This document shows positions 62,207 to 64,000 of a DNA stretch of 64,000 nucleotides, one piece after another. Each line of letters begins with the position of its first letter. The first letter of the stretch is position 1. A program made the translations under genes and the position numbers. The notes under the pieces are model-generated. The model did no database searches. It was not told the DNA's origin and saw only the letters and a program-made list of their open reading frames with translations. This stretch comes from Terriglobia bacterium (GTDB lineage Bacteria > Acidobacteriota > Terriglobia > 20CM-2-55-15): positions 352,001 through 416,000 of the forward strand of contig CAXWPJ010000009.1 of assembly GCA_963664115.2 (NCBI GenBank). Reading direction: 5' to 3'.

Positions 62207-62499
62207 CAGAGAGCGGCCGAGACGCCGCGGAGACAAGGAGTTCGAAACGAGGGTTTCGCGGGCTCATTGGAAAATACGTCGAGAAAACCCGAGCGAAAAC
62301 GACGCCGTATCCGCGGATGGATTGGCCGCTCGACCGGGCACAGAGATAGGCCGAGACGCCGCGGAGACAAGGAGTTCGAAACGAGGGTTTCGCGGGCTTA
62401 TTGGAAAATACGTCGAGAAAACCCGAGCGAAAACGACGCCGTATCCGCAGATGAATTGGCCGGTCGATCGGTGCTAGCAGAGATCGGCCGCTCGACCGG
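62207..62499. repeat. 134-bp tandemly duplicated hairpin-forming element plus a partial third end
   Basis: Near-identical copies start at 62207 and 62341; a partial CAGAGATCGGCCGCTCGACCGG sits at ~62478-62499. Confidence 0.9.
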
Positions 62500-62500
62500 C

Positions 62501-64000
62501 TCAGGACTTTCCCATCAAGATGAACGGTGCCCAATAGTAGGGGTGGGGAAACTGAACCTTCACATCTAGCGCAGCCTGACGCAACGCCTCCGGCTTCGAC
62601 AAGCCGTCCAACAAGCCCTCGTAGAAGCGCTTCATAAGAAGAGTGGTCGATCGGTCGTTTACGCGCCACAGGCTGACGACCAGAGAGGGCGTCCCGGCGT
62701 AGAGAAAGCCTCGGGTCAGTCCCAACAGTTCGTCGCCTTCGTAGAGGGCGCTCATACCCGTCTCACAAGCACTCAGGGTGGTCAGTTCAGCTCCGAGCTT
62801 AAGGTTAAAAATGTCAACGAGATTGAGCCAGCTATCCCCCAGTTTGAGAGATGAAAACATCGGGTTGTCGGCACGAAACACGCCATGCGCTGCTATGTGC
62901 AGCTTCCCAGCCTTTGGCCCGTGCTCTTTCAAAAGGTCCGCGCCTGCCTCTTCTCCAACAAATACGCGAGCATTCGGTAGAAGCTCCCGGAGCATTTCAG
63001 CCTCATCTGCGATCGCCGGGGTCGAAGGATCGGGCACAGCCAGAACCAGGTCCATATCTGCTGCCACCGGCGTCTTCGCCCTGCAAATCTTCAAGACCGA
63101 CGCGCTGGCGCTATAAACAACATCGTGATTATCGAGGACATATTCGGAACCGTCATAAAGGGCCTGGAAAGGAACATAGTGCAGCACGTGGTGCGGAATG
63201 ATAACCAGCGACCGGCCATCGATCCACCCCTCCAACGGAGCCATCAGCATGCGGTATAGATCCTGAAGGTGATGCTGTACGGCACGCAGCAGAAGCGGGC
63301 CATGGTCTTTCAGGTAGGCGTCGTTCAGATGGAACTTCGACAACTGGAAGTTTAATCCCCTCAGGCAGGCGCGGACGGAGCCGGTTTCGGCCAGATCCTT
63401 TACGAAATGAAATCCGTCGGGCTGGATGACGAACGCGCAAAACTGATTCCCGACCATGTAGTACTCGATCAGAACTTCTGCTTCTGAAAGCATCTGCTGA
63501 ACGTCTTCGACCGAGAGCATGGGCATCGATTCGAATGTAGCCCAACCCTCCCTTTCAGAGCCCGCCTCACGCAGCAGTGAAATCATTTCCTGTTCACGTT
63601 TGAAAATCTCTTCCTGAATCACTTTGTCGCTGGCCCGGGCACTCACCGTTGTACCCACCTGGGACAACCGGCTATACAGCCCGTTCAAATCCTGACGCAC
63701 CTTCTGGATCGCCTGCTGCTTCGGATTCGACTCGTCCGACTGCCAGAGGGTGTCCGTATTGCGCTCGAGCAAGTCGATCAGCGTCCGCGACTTCGACCGC
63801 TCGACGAACTCGAATGCTTCGCCTGGCAAGTCCATCTGGATCTTTAATCCAACCAGGTTTTCGTAGACCTGGTACTTGTCCTTACCAAATGACATCCGGA
63901 ATTCGTCGAGCTGAATATTGCCGCGCAGGGATTCCATTTCCTCGATCGCTTTTCGATAGAGACGCTCGGCCTCAAGGACGCCTCCTTTGGCGGCATGGAG
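62501..64000 (-). CDS. TPR-CHAT (caspase HetF-associated) domain protein, 3' part; start lies beyond the window
   Basis: IIPH..LHYVPF.AL, HIAAHG, LSACETG, GFLYAG...VVSLW.V.D, HPYYWAPF; the frame stays open to 64000. Confidence 0.93.
   Translation of the reverse strand, partial: LHAAKGGVLEAERLYRKAIEEMESLRGNIQLDEFRMSFGKDKYQVYENLVGLKIQMDLPGEAFEFVERSKSRTLIDLLERNTDTLWQSDESNPKQQAIQKVRQDLNGLYSRLSQVGTTVSARASDKVIQEEIFKREQEMISLLREAGSEREGWATFESMPMLSVEDVQQMLSEAEVLIEYYMVGNQFCAFVIQPDGFHFVKDLAETGSVRACLRGLNFQLSKFHLNDAYLKDHGPLLLRAVQHHLQDLYRMLMAPLEGWIDGRSLVIIPHHVLHYVPFQALYDGSEYVLDNHDVVYSASASVLKICRAKTPVAADMDLVLAVPDPSTPAIADEAEMLRELLPNARVFVGEEAGADLLKEHGPKAGKLHIAAHGVFRADNPMFSSLKLGDSWLNLVDIFNLKLGAELTTLSACETGMSALYEGDELLGLTRGFLYAGTPSLVVSLWRVNDRSTTLLMKRFYEGLLDGLSKPEALRQAALDVKVQFPHPYYWAPFILMGKS

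Noticed and set aside
62180-62669. ORFs 62180-62569, 62202-62669 and 62170-62370, or a CRISPR-like array
   Set aside because: The ORFs are translations of the repeated element; the units are full duplications with no spacers.

Overview
A mostly core-genome stretch of a bacterial chromosome. Gene style and order (rplM-rpsI-rpsB-tsf-pyrH-frr; tonB-exbB-exbD-exbD-TPR; ECF/anti-sigma pair) suggest Acidobacteriota, which is an inference. From left to right it contains: the left end of an IS1380-type element inserted in the 3' end of an Omp85 (BamA/TamA) gene; rpmB; a PPIase; an Fe/B12 ABC ATPase and permease; tRNA-Ser(GCT); a ~22 kb run of 24 co-oriented genes (cysK-aroDE-thrB-asd-his-trp-hypothetical-ugd-uxs-galE); envelope and lipid genes; an ECF sigma factor with a zinc anti-sigma carrying a TonB-C-like domain; lpxB and murA; a TPR/double aspartyl protease frameshifted at a G8 tract; translation genes; tsaD, mtnA, gatB, ridA and rel; a TonB/Exb cluster whose TPR lipoprotein gene is fused in frame to an IS256 remnant; secDF-yajC-tgt; two peptide-ABC ATPases; a tandemly duplicated 134-bp hairpin element; and the 3' part of a TPR-CHAT protease gene. 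No CRISPR array, prophage or recognisable defence system was seen. The best candidates for something undescribed are the anti-sigma/TonB-C signalling pair, the duplicated structured element, the G8-switched protease and the Sm-like protein inside the superoperon.
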